A stretch of 63,721 bases of DNA, counting the filler, from Octopus bimaculoides (lineage: Eukaryota), in NCBI RefSeq assembly GCF_001194135.2. It is 6 parts of 4 records of this genome, joined end to end, with 100 filler letters (N's around TTAATTAATTAA, not from the genome) between each part and the next. Parts side by side here need not be neighbours in the genome. Positions count along the whole stretch, not along the records: positions 26,079 to 49,974 come from NC_068995.1; positions 50,075 to 59,187 come from NC_068982.1; positions 59,288 to 62,113 come from NC_068982.1; 3 more parts are not named here. The stretch is one strand, 5' to 3'. A program made the translations under genes and the position numbers. This document shows, one piece after another, positions 48,282-61,862 of this stretch (its first letter is position 1; each line of letters begins with the position of its first letter). The notes beneath the pieces are model-generated. The model ran no database searches. It saw only the letters and a program-made list of their open reading frames with translations, and was not told the DNA's origin.

Positions 48282-49577
48282 TACGAGAAGGTACCCCACA
48301 AAAATCAGAATTTCGAAATATTATTTTATTCATTTAATTTACATGTTTACGCTTTTATCGCCTTCAAAATATTCTCTATTTGAAACAATGCAGGCACGTT
48401 TCCCAGCGGTCCAGGCGCGTTTTCCACTATTCGAAGCAAAGCTGGAACTCTTGCGAAGTGATGCCTTTTAATGCTTCCGTCGTTTTTTCTTAACCTCTTT
48501 TCATATCTGCAAACGGTTTTCCTATAAGGACTTTTTTCATTCGGGGTAACAAAACAGAAAGATGCAGGGAGCAAGATCGGTTAAATAGGGAGAGTGGGTA
48601 AGTGGGGTTATGCCATTTTTGGTCACAAACTGTCTCACACTCAAGGCGGTGTGCGCAGGTGCATTATCGTGATGAAACCACCACTCTCCACTTTGCCACT
48701 AGTTGGGGCATTTTCGTCTCAACGCGTCTCGCAAATGCTTAAGAACTGCCAAGTAAAATGCCTGGTTAACAGCCTGACCACGTGGAAAAAATGCTCTGTG
48801 GACAATTCCTTTCGCAATGATGAAACAAGTCAGCGTGGCCTTGACATTGAACTTCACTTGATGCGCTTTTGGGGGGCGTGGTGACATTGAATGCTTCCAG
48901 TAACTTGATTGCTGCTTCGTTTCCGGGTCGTAGGCGTAGCATCAGTTTTCGTCACCAGTGATAGCCTTCGAAAAAAAGGTTCAGATCAACTGTTCTTACA
49001 GTTCACGACACGCATTCAGTCGTGACAGCTTTTGATCTTCCGTGAGCAAGTGAGGCACACATTTTGCTGCAACTCTTTTCATCGCAATTCTTCGCTCAAA
49101 ATTCGTTGGCAAGAACTCCAGGACACACCAGTCATTTCAACAAGTTCGTCAATTTTTCGACGACGGTCCTTCAAGATCAGCTCATGCATTGTCATGATGT
49201 TTTCATTTGTTCCAAAGGTAGATGGTCGACCTGAACGAGGTCGGTATTCAAGCAACAAGTGACCATACCTAAAGCGTGAAAACCACTCGTAAACTTGTAT
49301 TTTGCTCATGTCAGCGTCCTTGTGAGCTGTTTGAAATATGTTTCGGCCGCTGTTTTCCCCAGTAGAAAATAGAATTACACAGCACTGTCCCTTCGTTTCA
49401 GCCATCGCAAAAATCGATGAACAGGGAAGAAGCACTGTAAAACAAAGATGTGACAGTGCGACATCACACGACTATACTGACTGGCAGACTGATTCCTGAG
49501 GGTCGTATCAAGTTGGTTCCAGCAGCGGAAGCCAGAACTACAACGTTTCCGGTTACATTTGGGAAACCTTCCGTGCT
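48282..49577 (-). mobile_element. full-length-sized (about 1.3 kb) decayed mariner transposon
   Basis: MSKIQVYEWFSRFR..RPRSGRPST..DRRRKIDEL..SCQRILSEEL, KGIVHRAFFPRGQAVNQAFY..LKHLRDALRRKCP, plus degenerate TIRs at both ends. Confidence 0.88.
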
Positions 49578-49629
49578 AATCTTGTAAACAAGGAGTTGTT
49601 GTAAAGCACATGTATATATATGTGAATTC

Positions 49630-49631
<2 letters not shown>

Positions 49632-49706
<75 letters not shown>

Positions 49707-49974
49707 ATTATTATTATCATTATTATTATTATTATTTTATGTTTGACTTTTGTTTTGCATTTGTACAAGTTGGATCCAAGTCTCACCCAGAGACCTCAAG
49801 AGACAACAAGTTAGAAGTTCATGTAGGTGTTATGCCTAGGGTATCATATATTTGGATTTGTACAGTTTTGTTCAAGTGAATGTTTAAGAAACCATAAGAA
49901 AATTATGTGTTTGCTTTAAAATTTGAGATCACATAGACAGTATTTTACGTAGGATATGGACAGTTCCCATGAGC
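49632..49974 (-). mobile_element. R4/Dong-like LINE, 3' end with (TAA)n tail
   Basis: Diverged reverse complement of about 13975-14270. It runs into a gap. Confidence 0.85.
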
Positions 49975-50074
49975 NNNNNNNNNNNNNNNNNNNNNNNNNN
50001 NNNNNNNNNNNNNNNNNNTTAATTAATTAANNNNNNNNNNNNNNNNNNNNNNNNNNNNNNNNNNNNNNNNNNNN

Positions 50075-50131
<57 letters not shown>

Positions 50132-51304
50132 TGAACACACATATATATATATGTATGTGTTTATGTTTGTATGTATGTAGGTGGGTAGATAGGTAGGAAG
50201 AAAGTAGTAGATAGATAGCTGTAGTAGTTATATTTTTTTACTCTTTGCTCTTGAGATATCCTTAACTCGCATATAGTTCTCTTTGGTTTGTGGTCCCCTT
50301 GATTTTTGATTCAAGAATTGTTATCTCTCTTTTTCTCTCGCTCTTTATATATGCATAACAGATGAGGATAGAAAATAAGTAATTAAGAATCCAAAACCTT
50401 ATTCCAGAAGCCAATAATATTTCTTCTAACAACCGTAAGAAGACCCAGCAGAATAATTAGTAGGCTTTTGTCCTTTAGTACAGCGAATGATTGATAAGCA
50501 ATAGAAAATAAAGGAGACCTTTTTGCATCATATAGCATTCACATAAACTACATAATCCAAATTGCTGTCAAGGATTCAACTAGCTTTTACATAAGCCTCG
50601 TACCCTTGACTTCTTGACCAAGGTCATTTTGTTAAGAGCACCACCTCAAGTACCTGCTTTACTTCTCAACGACATGATAATGCATACATTCAGCGGCATT
50701 TTTTCAAAACGATTTTTCATTCCACAAATTTCATCAAAAGCTGCAAATAGTTGCTATGTGCGAATAATCCACCAACCGCACTTATTCCAAGACAACCGTC
50801 CAACAGTATTTTTTCTATAGTTCTCAACAATACGCTCATTAGTAAATCAGTATTCTTACGAATTCTTTATTACTTCTTACGCTATAAAGCAGTGTATCCC
50901 GATCTACAGAAATGCGCTACATTGCAGATAAACAATTCCAGCTTTCACTTTCGCTTGTAGTTTCTCAAAAATACTGCAACCAATTACCATTTTCTTCATC
51001 TTAAATCCTTTCCTCTTTAGTAACTGTTTTGGAATCTGAGGGACCTACTTCTATCTGATATATGCTACCATCTGTCCCATATCAGTGGTCTCAAAAACTG
51101 CCAACAACATCAAAATCCAGTTTTTGAGCCAAACTGTTAAGACTGGTCGCCTTATTAGTCTGAAACCAGAGTAAGAATCATCTCACCTAACGAAAGATCG
51201 TACAGCAAATGAACTAGGAAACAGATTACATCAGGGGAATAATGAAGCGTTTGTGTCGTGTATAAATAGAAACAATGTTAACAGGTGATGTGATATAATT
51301 TATC

Positions 51305-51810
51305 TAGGCGCGGCACCTTGGGCAAATGTCTTCTACTATAGCCTCGGGCCGACTAAAGCCTTGTGAGTGGATTTGGTAGACGGAAACTGAAAGAAGCCCG
51401 TCGTATATATATNNNNNNNNNNNNNNNNNNNNNNNNNNNNNNNNNNNNNNNNNNNNNNNNNNNNNNNNNNNNNNNNNNNNNNNNNNNNNNNNNNNNNNNN
51501 NNNNNNNNNNNNNNNNNNNNNNNNNNNNNNNNNNNNNNNNNNNNNNNNNNNNNNNNNNNNNNNNNNNNNNNNNNNNNNNNNNNNNNNNNNNNNNNNNNNN
51601 NNNNNNNNGTGTGTTTGTCCCACCCCAACATTGCTTGACAACCGATGCTGGTGTGTTTACGTCACCGTAACTTAGCGGTTCGGCATAAGGGAACCGATAG
51701 AATAAGTATTAGGCTTGCAAAGAATAAGTCATGGGGTTGATTTGCTCAGCTAAAGGTGGTGCTCCAGCATGGCCGCAGCCAAATGACTGAAACAAGTAAA
51801 AGAGTAAGCT
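51305..51810 (+). mobile_element. SINE family B spanning a gap
   Basis: 5' half (ggcaccttgggcaaatgtcttc..gaaagaagcccgtcg), then the gap, then the 3' half (cttgacaaccgatg..ctgaaacaagtaaaag). Confidence 0.85.
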
Positions 51811-54800
51811 ATTGAAATGTGTCCGCATTTAGTTTCCAGTTTTTCACAATTTCGACCCTTTTTTGAAAATCATATAATCCCTCCCACATTTTAAAAAATT
51901 AATATTAGAAGAAGGAAAAACCAAAAATCGACGGTTTCCAGAAATTTCGTACATTAACGTTTTATATTTTTCATTGGGAAATATTCATCAATTTTTGCAG
52001 TAAAATATTACGCTTTTGCCATTAAACTAAGGGATTTTATAAAACATATCTATGGACATTTTACGTGTTATATATTTATAAAGTAAAAGACTTTCTCTTT
52101 ACGAGCATTTCAGAATTATACCCCTAAATAATTCGGATCAGCAACAACAGTTTAAAAGTCGAGAAGCCTCAATTTTGCAGTGGGTGTTCAAAAAGAATTA
52201 AAGACGACAGTAGCAGAGTTTGGAGAACAAAAAGAATCGATTTATTATAACAAAGTATTCGGTAACAGACAGCGTAATAGAACAGTGCTTACATAGATAG
52301 GTTATGAATATTACCTACTAAAAAGTATCAAAACAAAACAGTTTATGTGAGTGTCATAACATATAAAATTACATTTCTCCACTATGATTTACACTTTGAA
52401 GAATTAACACAAACAGAGCAATATTGCTATGTAGAGTGAAACAAAAAAATACATCAATAACCACAAATATTTAGATTTCTTCTTACTAGTAATAAAAACA
52501 ACAAGAGTTGTCTGTACCAGAATCAGTAAAATACCAGTCAAAACACTTATAGTATTTTAATATGTTGCTTTTATGATCAGAGTTCAAATCTGAACAAAGT
52601 TATCCTTGTTGTTCATAAATCAGTGATAAGATAAATAGTAGCCAAGAGCTAAGATTCATTTAATAGACTCTATCAATCTCTCTCTCTCTCTCTGCCTCTT
52701 ATTTTGTGGCCTTATTCCAGTGGTAGAAAGCAAAATATGTTGGCTACATTTGAAGATGATTTCGTAGCTTTGTCTAGGAGGTACAACGACCACGTAGAAG
52801 CCTCACTCAGAATCAACATTCTAACATGAATGTGTTTCTATTGTTGGTAGTATTTGGGTAGTGTTTAGGCCTGACTGAGAAGACCTATGGTAAAAGACAT
52901 TCCAGTTTCGACAATCATATTTTCGTATATTAAGAAATAGCAGATCTAATAGCAATTTGTAATTTGAAAGAGATTTGGATGCTACTTTTTGCATGTCGAG
53001 CGACCACGAAGTGTCTCCTTCATTGACACGCTGGTTGTAAATGTGTATTCAGAATCGTTTTGAATAAAACTCCACGTTCATTCTTTTACTTGATTCAATC
53101 ATTTGTCGTCGGTCATGCTAAAACACTATCGCCAAGGGTTTAAATCATATCAATTGCATAACCTTTTTGCACTGACATTATCCACTACTATTTGACGAGT
53201 GACTATGTCCCTTTTTTGATATAAAATAGCAGAAACACTATTTTTACACACACACACACACACACACTGAGTCTTTTAGTAGCTTCAGTCGTTGCAGTGT
53301 TGTCCTGCCGGGCACCCTATTCAAATTAATGTTTCGAGACTTTTCTTTATGTCTGATAGTTACTTGATCATTGTCATAAACTGCTAAATGTAAACTGAAC
53401 ATTAGCAACAAGAAGATAACTCAGGTGGACATAAATATCGCACGGTATTTTTGTTTGAATGCACCAGTTTTCACTTCGGTCTTATATAATCATATGCACA
53501 TATACAAACAAGCCTCCGAACAATTTTGCTCATAAGGTTGAGCAATCTCAGCCCTAACCGATGCTAGAAAACACTTGACTGTTGTGCACCGGAGTGTGAC
53601 TGAATCACACGGATGAGTAGAGAAATTAGTTAACCACTCAATCATACTGGTGCCGTAATTATATAATTGTGTCTTTTTCACTGAATACCTAACGAAAGTT
53701 AAACTATTTGTAACCAAATTTTTTCCTAGCTGAAACCACATCAGTCAATATCCTTGAGAATATCAAGACATCTAACGTAACTTTCGTTTACACCTGTAAA
53801 CTTAAGATATAGGGTCATTTAGAAGGAAATACTCATTTAATTAAAGAAAAAATGACTTAGCTGTTGCCATCCCATCTATTAAAACTGCAATTAATTGCCT
53901 AGTTTTTGGAAATGGGGTATGATTTAAAGGAGACTTAGTTACTATTTTTAGCAGGTTAGACGCTCGCATTGAGGTTCGCTAGTTGCCTTGTATTTATATG
54001 GTTTCTTGTTATTCTTCACACCTCACTCTCACAATATTAAAAGAAATAAAGAAAAAAGAAAGAACGAAAGCAATACAAAGGCTATTTAAGATTTTCATTA
54101 TTCTTACAAACGCAAGTTTTACACCGACAGTTTGGAGTGTACTGATATATGCTGTTGTCAAGAATTAGACACATTCAGCATAAGAATACTCTATACGTGT
54201 CGAGATTCAAGTGTCAGCATCTGTAATAGTTAATACATTGAAACAAAGTCACACATTTTAAAGAGAAAGTAAGACTTTAAATCAACTCTAGTATTCGAGT
54301 TTATGATCGTGCGACTGCAATCCACTAGGCCAGCTAGAAATTGCAGCCAAATTCAACTTTGAAATCTCTTACCTTCCGTCTGAGATAAGGATAGTTTTTG
54401 TTTTATTTACGTATATTCCTTTCTGAGGTACTTTGTCTTAAATGGATACACATTAACAAAACTGGTGATTTAGAAAACTCAAGATTGCAAAATATTCTGA
54501 GATTTTTCGACGCATTCCAAAAACTTTGTGGAGTGTCTGATGACTATATGTGACACTGGTTGAAAATGCATAGTCTATGGACTCGCGTACCTTCTAGAAA
54601 AAAAAAACAAAAAAACCAACAACAAAATTTTCGAGATGGTTACGGTTGGAATATTTTTGTTTATAGGTCATAGCCGCATCGATCAGGGTTGGCCTAATGA
54701 TACGTTAAGCAAAAATCACGAACAACTACGTTTAACCCATAATTTAGTGACACCGGAAGTAAGTTTGTTATCGGCATTTTTTGAATTCAGAATGTAGATG

Positions 54801-56156
54801 GAAAAGACTTTGTAAGGCGAAAAATTTATTCCATCACCCTACCAATCTTCATGCAATAATAACAACGAAGTTGACATCCACACAAAGTATAAGGTTACCT
54901 ATTTTTGGGTGTTGATTTATATTCTTCTGTTAGATAAGCCATTCTACAAATCGACCTCTCTATTTTACTCACATATTATGGACACAAGGATAAAAGACAA
55001 TGCTGACCTCATCCGGTTTTGAACGCAGAGTGTAAAGAGCCGTAAATAAATATTAACATCAGTATTATAATGATACAGCCAGTCTATCAACTATTTGATT
55101 AATTCAGCACCAGTATTTAACTGGTATCTATATTGTTGCACCCACTCACCTTTTTACTACTACGTCAATGGTGTCTGCTACTCCAGACTGGTTTGGTGTC
55201 GTGTCTCCTTCATTGAGGTACACTCGATATCTTTTCCCTAATCACAACTCATGTTTATCCATCCTCTTCAGACCCTGCACTAACCACTAACTCCCGTTCT
55301 TTATTCCTATACGTCAGTGGTTACGTGTAAGTTCTTCCATACATATTTTTTCTGTTGTTGGTTTAAAACTATTTAAAACGTACAGCAACCATATCGGGCT
55401 TTGCAGTCTCAGAGAGTCAGTAGACACCATAAGTACACATCTTGTCTCCAAATTAAATCAGTAAAAAAAAAAACTTGACTTTGACGGAGTTGTACTCAGA
55501 ATGTAGAAGGACCTAATTAAATGCCTCATGACATTTTACTAGTGTCTGACCATCTACCAAGTCTAACGAAATTCCCCACTTAAAATACGCATTTGCAACA
55601 AACGTTTTGATATACAAAACAGTAATTACTGCTCAAGCACTGGAAGTCTATTTAATCGACTTCTGCTCTTCTAGAAAATATGTGGCTTTTTTTTTTTTTT
55701 TTTTTTACCAAAGACGGAAATCCTGTTAAGTATTTACCTCGTCTTTGTTGTTGCTGTTGCCGCTTTCAGCCCCTTTTCAACCCTAAATGAGAAGACCTGC
55801 CATCAAAAAAGTCAGAATCTCGGTTATCTACTTTTTCAAGGAAATTGTATCCAGAACTACGTGATATGATGTATCCTTCCATTTTTTAGGTTAAGATTTA
55901 TGAGAAATTTAGCTGTTATTTTTGTAGGCTGAGTGATTGCGTAGAGGATCCTTTGTCGGTTTATTGTTTTTATTATTCCTGTTATTGCTGTTGTAGATCT
56001 TTAGGTCCAACAGTTTTCAGGTTTGATTGAACGATTTATAATCACAAATATTTCAGTTGTGAAAATCCCATGATATTTATCCAGGATTATAGTATCAAAC
56101 ATGACTTTCCTGTTCAGATTTTTCATGATGGTAGAGTGTAGTTTGAGAGAGAGAGA

Positions 56157-56218
<62 letters not shown>

Positions 56219-57181
56219 GAGAAAGAGAGAGAGAGAAGGGGAGGGAGGAAGTTAGGGAAAAAATCTGGTAGTTATGGCTTATAAATCATACTTACCTATG
56301 TTATATTGTCCATTATGTTATCTCACTTTTAAAAGATGAACAATTCAAGATAAATACATACTAGTTATATTCCATTTTAAATCCTAGACAGTCATTACTG
56401 AATGCTTTTCATCTCAAATAAGAATTGTTGTTGCTGTTGTTTAAATCGAGCAATTATTTTTACCCGATCGAGCAGTTTTTTCAACCGTGGCTATTCCAAC
56501 TTATATAAAAGTACGGAGAAGGAAAACGACGGAAGTCGTTATAGCTTTTGTAGTGTCCGTCAAACTGGTAAGAACGTTATGGTTGAAAGTTCTATAGGTT
56601 GATGCTTGTTAGAATAAAAAGTAAACCAACATAAATAAGGAGAAAATTCCAGCCGTAGAAAGGAATTATTGGATGAAGCGTTTACTCTACGGTCCGAGGA
56701 TGAAAACACAATAGAACAGCGCATCGGATACGCGTGGGAAGAAATGGTATGCGGGTTGCTAGTTCAGAAGAACAGAAACTGTGAACAGAGAAATGCAACG
56801 AATTGGCGGAGTCATTAGAGCATTGTATAAAATACATAGTTTTTATCTCTCTACCTGTCTGTCTGTCTGTCTGTCTGTCTCTGTCTGTCTGTCTGTCTGT
56901 CTCTGTCTGTCTGTCTGTCTCTCTCTCTCTCGCTCTCTCCTTGAATCTGAGTTCAGATCCTGCTAGACTTAAATTTTTATTTTATCCTTTTTGTGGTCGA
57001 TAGCAAAGTACAAAAATTCAGATTAGTGAAATGGAGGAACTGCTAGAGCGTGGGACGAAATGCATTGCAGTATTTGCTCTGAATGATTCTTTGCTTTTAG
57101 ACAGCAATACTTACAACGAAACTGGTGCAGGGCTATATCGATCCTAAGGTGCTAACCTTTCCTTCTGACAACATCGATGGG

Positions 57182-57235
<54 letters not shown>

Positions 57236-57352
57236 NNNNNNNNNNNNNNNNNNNNNNNNNNNNNNNNNNNNNNNNNNNNNNNNNNNNNNNNNNNNNNNNN
57301 NNNNNNNNNNNNNNNNNNNNNNNNNNNNNNNNNNNNNNNNNNNNNNNNNNNN

Positions 57353-57407
<55 letters not shown>

Positions 57408-57549
57408 GGTGAGATTTGCATACGAGGACAATTACCAGTCCTCCATAATAGAGCCTGCGCATGTATGTGCTGGATGCAATGTCACTCTCAGCGCACACAG
57501 GTCCTTAGAACAGAGACAAGAAACATCGCATCTTTACTCTTGAGATGCT

Positions 57550-57609
<60 letters not shown>

Positions 57610-57642
57610 TTACCTATCTACGTATCTATCTATCTATCTACG

Positions 57643-57693
<51 letters not shown>

Positions 57694-57856
57694 TTATCTA
57701 TCTACGTATCTACGTATCTATCTATCTATCTATCTATCTAATAATAATATAGATTTAATCAAAAGATTAAATGTGGTATTTAAAATGTTTGAGGCACCAG
57801 AATTTGGTAGAGTAAAAACCAAAAACAAAATCAAGACATTTGGTGAATAAAATTTT

Positions 57857-58008
57857 AAGAAAAGCAACAAAGATTCAATAGGTTATAGCAGTACGTACGT
57901 TTCGTACAAACTTCATTTATTCATGTAGTGAGAACACTACATGAATAAATGAAGTTTGTACGAAACGTACGTACTGCTATAACCTATTGAATCTTTGTTG
58001 CTTTTCTT
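57857..58008. repeat. perfect palindrome: 74-bp arms, 4-nt loop
   Basis: 57857-57930 is the exact reverse complement of 57935-58008. The loop is AGAA. Confidence 0.95.
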
Positions 58009-58057
58009 CAAATATCTATCTATCTAGCAAGCTAGCTAGCTAGCTACATATATATAG

Positions 58058-58243
58058 GGAAAATTCACAAAAAAACAACAACAGACGAAGACAGGTGGTG
58101 TAGAAAACAAACAGATGTATTAGTATAACGCTCGGGAATTGAAAAAGTCTTTAACGTTTCGAGCCAACGCTCTTCTCCAGAAAGGAATACAGAAAGAAAC
58201 AAGGAGAGCAAAAAATGTGTAGTAGTTAGCGATCTATCATGGC

Positions 58244-58245
<2 letters not shown>
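58058..58245 (-). mobile_element. solitary Penelope-type pLTR-like element with hammerhead motif
   Basis: Minus strand CUUU-CUGGAGA-A-GAGC-GUUG-GCUC-GAAA-C-GUU-AAAG at 58149-58184. Flanks resemble 3625-3885. Confidence 0.68.
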
Positions 58246-58306
<61 letters not shown>

Positions 58307-59334
58307 GGAGTTTTTGGGTGATGATTTTTTGAGTTAGCTTACCAATTATTTTTGTTGGTAGTTAATTTATAATATATTGATATATATATATATATGCATA
58401 ACTTTTGCCAGAAAAGGATTGTTAGAGACTTCAAAGTTTCGGATTTATCGTCAGACTCTGATGAAAGGGAGCAAGCCGGGACTTCGATATCACTGTTAAC
58501 CGTTTTCTGTAAAAGTTTAAAAGTTTCTGTAAAATGTATACCTTTATACAAAGCAAATACTATTTATACTACACTATCAGAACACAATACTTTTAGGAGA
58601 CATTTAGACATCATAAAGTCAATACATGTAGGTATTTATATTACTGGAAATTAATTAATAAATATAGTAGATATAGAAAGGTTAAGTTCGAATTTATAGT
58701 TACTGAATTCAGGAAGAGACATGTTCGGGACGCAACGTTGTAACGCATTTAACTCAAGACTGTTATTTCATTCAAGACTATAACCCATTATTAATATACG
58801 TCTCGTCTCTTTCTGATTATTAGTACAATCTTCCAACGCCATTAGCGACAATGTGATATGACTTGCACAGAACAATAAGGGCTGAGACCAAATATCTATT
58901 AAATGTGAGTTCCGCAATGTTAATGTCCGCGCTTAGGTTAACAAAGGTTCGGTTGACAAAAAAATCACTTAAAATATGTTAAAAATGCTCTTGAAATAGA
59001 TATCAATATCGCATATCACTTTTTCTTTTCCTACTTCATAATATAAAATATTTGTGTCAAGGAAACAATTGAAACACACAAACACAAACAGACACATACA
59101 CACACTGACACATATATATACACACACACATATATATGTTGCATTGTTTATATAAATGCATGTATATATATATATATATATATATATNNNNNNNNNNNNN
59201 NNNNNNNNNNNNNNNNNNNNNNNNNNNNNNNTTAATTAATTAANNNNNNNNNNNNNNNNNNNNNNNNNNNNNNNNNNNNNNNNNNNNATTATTATTTATT
59301 TATTATTACTATTATTTTAAATTTTTCCCACAAC

Positions 59335-59452
59335 GGTGGTTTCGGGCAGGTGGAGAATAGTCGATTATATTGACCCCTGTGTTCAACTGGTACTTATTTT
59401 TTAGACCCCGAAAGGATGAAAGGCAAAGTCAACTTCGGCGGAATTTGAACTC
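59335..59452 (-). mobile_element. SINE family A fragment
   Basis: tggtacttatttt..gaccccgaaaggatgaaaggcaaagtcaacttcggcggaatttgaactc. Confidence 0.8.
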
Positions 59453-59796
59453 ACACACTCATACATACAAATATCTGTCATTCTCTTCCAAATACGATCG
59501 ACAGTCAAACATTTATTCCTTACAAACTGAATTTTTTTAATATCTTTCTTGAAACGCATTTACTTACTACCATATATAGACACAGAATACACATTAATAC
59601 ACACATACATACAAATACCTGTCATTTTTTTTTTTTTAGTGTGTGTGTGTGTTGCCCATCTTAATATATAATGCTGAAGTTCTGTACTTACTTACATTTT
59701 GTTATTTAGTGTGTATGTGTGTGTGTGTTGCCCATATATATATGCACTTCAGACTTAGTTGTGGGTTGGGAGTTTGATCTGCAGAGGTCATTATTA

Positions 59797-59930
59797 TTCA
59801 GATTAACACCCGCACGATTTTCACTAGGGTGTTAGGGTTACGGTTTTTGGGTCAGGGTTACGATGAGGGTTAGTCTTACGGTTACGGTTTTAGAGTTAGG
59901 GTTACATAATCGTGCGGGTGTTAATCTGAA
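59797..59930. repeat. 23-bp perfect inverted repeat enclosing an 88-bp telomere-like (TTAGGG/TTACGG) spacer
   Basis: TTCAGATTAACACCCGCACGATT (59797-59819) and AATCGTGCGGGTGTTAATCTGAA (59908-59930). Confidence 0.9.
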
Positions 59931-59964
59931 AAATCACCGAAATGTGAAATCTACCGACCCTCCC

Positions 59965-60567
59965 ATCTGTTATAACGTTTGTTGTTCTGTTTAATATGTA
60001 CATAGATTATGCCTCCAAACAAGAGAGCTTGCTGGGGAAAGAAAGCAACCGGTTTTAAAAGACAGCAACAGATTGCAGNNNNNNNNNNGGGAAAGAAAGC
60101 AACCGGTTTTAAAAGACAGCAACAGATTGCAGCAATTCACCACATTCCAGAAGTTACTTTGAACATAATGCAAAACGGTGCATCATCACCTACTGCCCAA
60201 TCTGATAGAGTTCTAGCAGAACTGTGTAGCAACAGATCGCCAGCAATTGCTTCATCAGAAATTGCCGTCCTACCTCCTGCGAAAAGGAATTACCCTGCTA
60301 TGTGTAATCAAGGCAGCGCAAAAAGTTGTTTTGCACAAGCATTTGTATAGCCAATTAGACGGATGAAATTTACGTACACTTAATAATGTTACACAAAACA
60401 GCCTTCAGACTTCCCCTATTAATTTCGTCTTTTGAATTATGAACATATTTACATCATAAGGGTTTTTTCATTGTAAGGCTTTCTTTTTTAATTGATTTTC
60501 ACCTAGCAAGACTTATCGTAAATGGCGTAATAAGTCACACCCGGACAACGTCGGGTTATACTGCTAG
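59965..60567 (+). mobile_element. Helitron-type non-autonomous element, 3' portion
   Basis: Subterminal hairpin ACCCG (60539-60543)/CGGGT (60552-60556), then CTAG (60564-60567) followed by T. The 5' boundary is uncertain. Confidence 0.65.
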
Positions 60568-61201
60568 TATATATATATAAATTTAAATAATCAGAAAATG
60601 GAGAAAACTTTAGATCAACAAACAAACCAATTGGACCAGATCTGTAGATTATTTTTTAATACAAAACATAACATAACGTTTCTGTAACATAACAATTCTT
60701 ATGGCCATTTCCACTACCAATGTCAGTCAGTGCCTACGAAAGAATTAAGAAAATAATATTCTTCATCTTCATAGGATATTCGAACTAGTACATGGAACTT
60801 CTTCAGAGTGAATACAAAAGTGTCCAAAAAATAAGAGGGAAGAGGGATTAGGAAAGAAACATGGCCTAGAGAAGAAGCCTGGAGGTTTAATATATTAAAA
60901 TTATACTATCTTCCATTGTAGGGCTTCGAAGTCAATAGGCAAAAGAGTGGTCTATTTATGGGTTATTTCCATATAAAGTGGGGAACTGGGATGTCTTAAA
61001 AGTTGTGAAAAGAAGTTAGCAAAAAATAATACAAGAAAATTAGCAACATGTCTAGAAAGAGAATAGTACCTACGTTATCGTAATTAGTGCTAGTTGATAT
61101 TTATCCAAAACAATACCGTAGGGTTCTTATGATAGTATACTTACTGAAATATTATTCCACATGCATAGAAATATAGGAAAAATAGAAGTTGAAAATGGAC
61201 T

Positions 61202-61482
61202 GTCACGTGACAGTATATTTTGCACCTATAAAGAAGGCTGATACAGTTGAGTGAACATGTTTAGTTATAATCAAGGCACTCCAAATTTAATCTGTCTGGT
61301 GTGAGAGTGGACAGGAGTCGTTTGTATGTAGTCCAATGACTAAAATTTAGATTGTTAGCTGTGTAGCTTCCTCATGATATGTGGCAAAATGAATTTTGTG
61401 TGTGAATAGTTGATTATAACTAAACATGTTCACTCAACTGTGTCGGCCTTCTTTTTAAGCGCAAAATATACTGTTACATGAC
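61202..61482. repeat. foldback: 73-bp inverted arms (about 90% identical) around a 135-bp spacer
   Basis: 61202-61274 vs the reverse complement of 61410-61482 shows 7 mismatches in 73 by manual alignment. A more diverged third copy lies at about 61577-61655. Confidence 0.85.
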
Positions 61483-61862
61483 ACTATTGCATGGACTAGC
61501 AAGAAATGTACAAAAGGTTATAAACTTAATCATGTGTTCATTCTCTACAAACACTTGACTGAAAACATTCAGAGCATTGATTGTTTGGACTTGTTCAGTC
61601 AACTGTGTCAGCCTTAACTTATGATGCCAAACATTGTCACATCATGTGACTGTCCTCTACCAATCAAATCCTATTCAAACAGATGCTAATTTGAGCCATG
61701 AACTCCCTATAAAAACAGGGCAAACTTCAAACACTAGTCAGAAACAAGACAGCTGTGACATAAGCCACTTCTTTCTATTTGAACTTTTTGAAAATCAGTG
61801 TAAATATTTTAACCATTCTCAGTGCATTTTCAACTTCTTTTTTTCCTATATATACATATATA

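Noticed and set aside
58425-58495. CTGATGA on the plus strand and CTGACGA..GAAAC on the minus strand
   Set aside because: No stem II or stem I can be formed on either strand. The ORF 58394-58654 has no recognisable motif.
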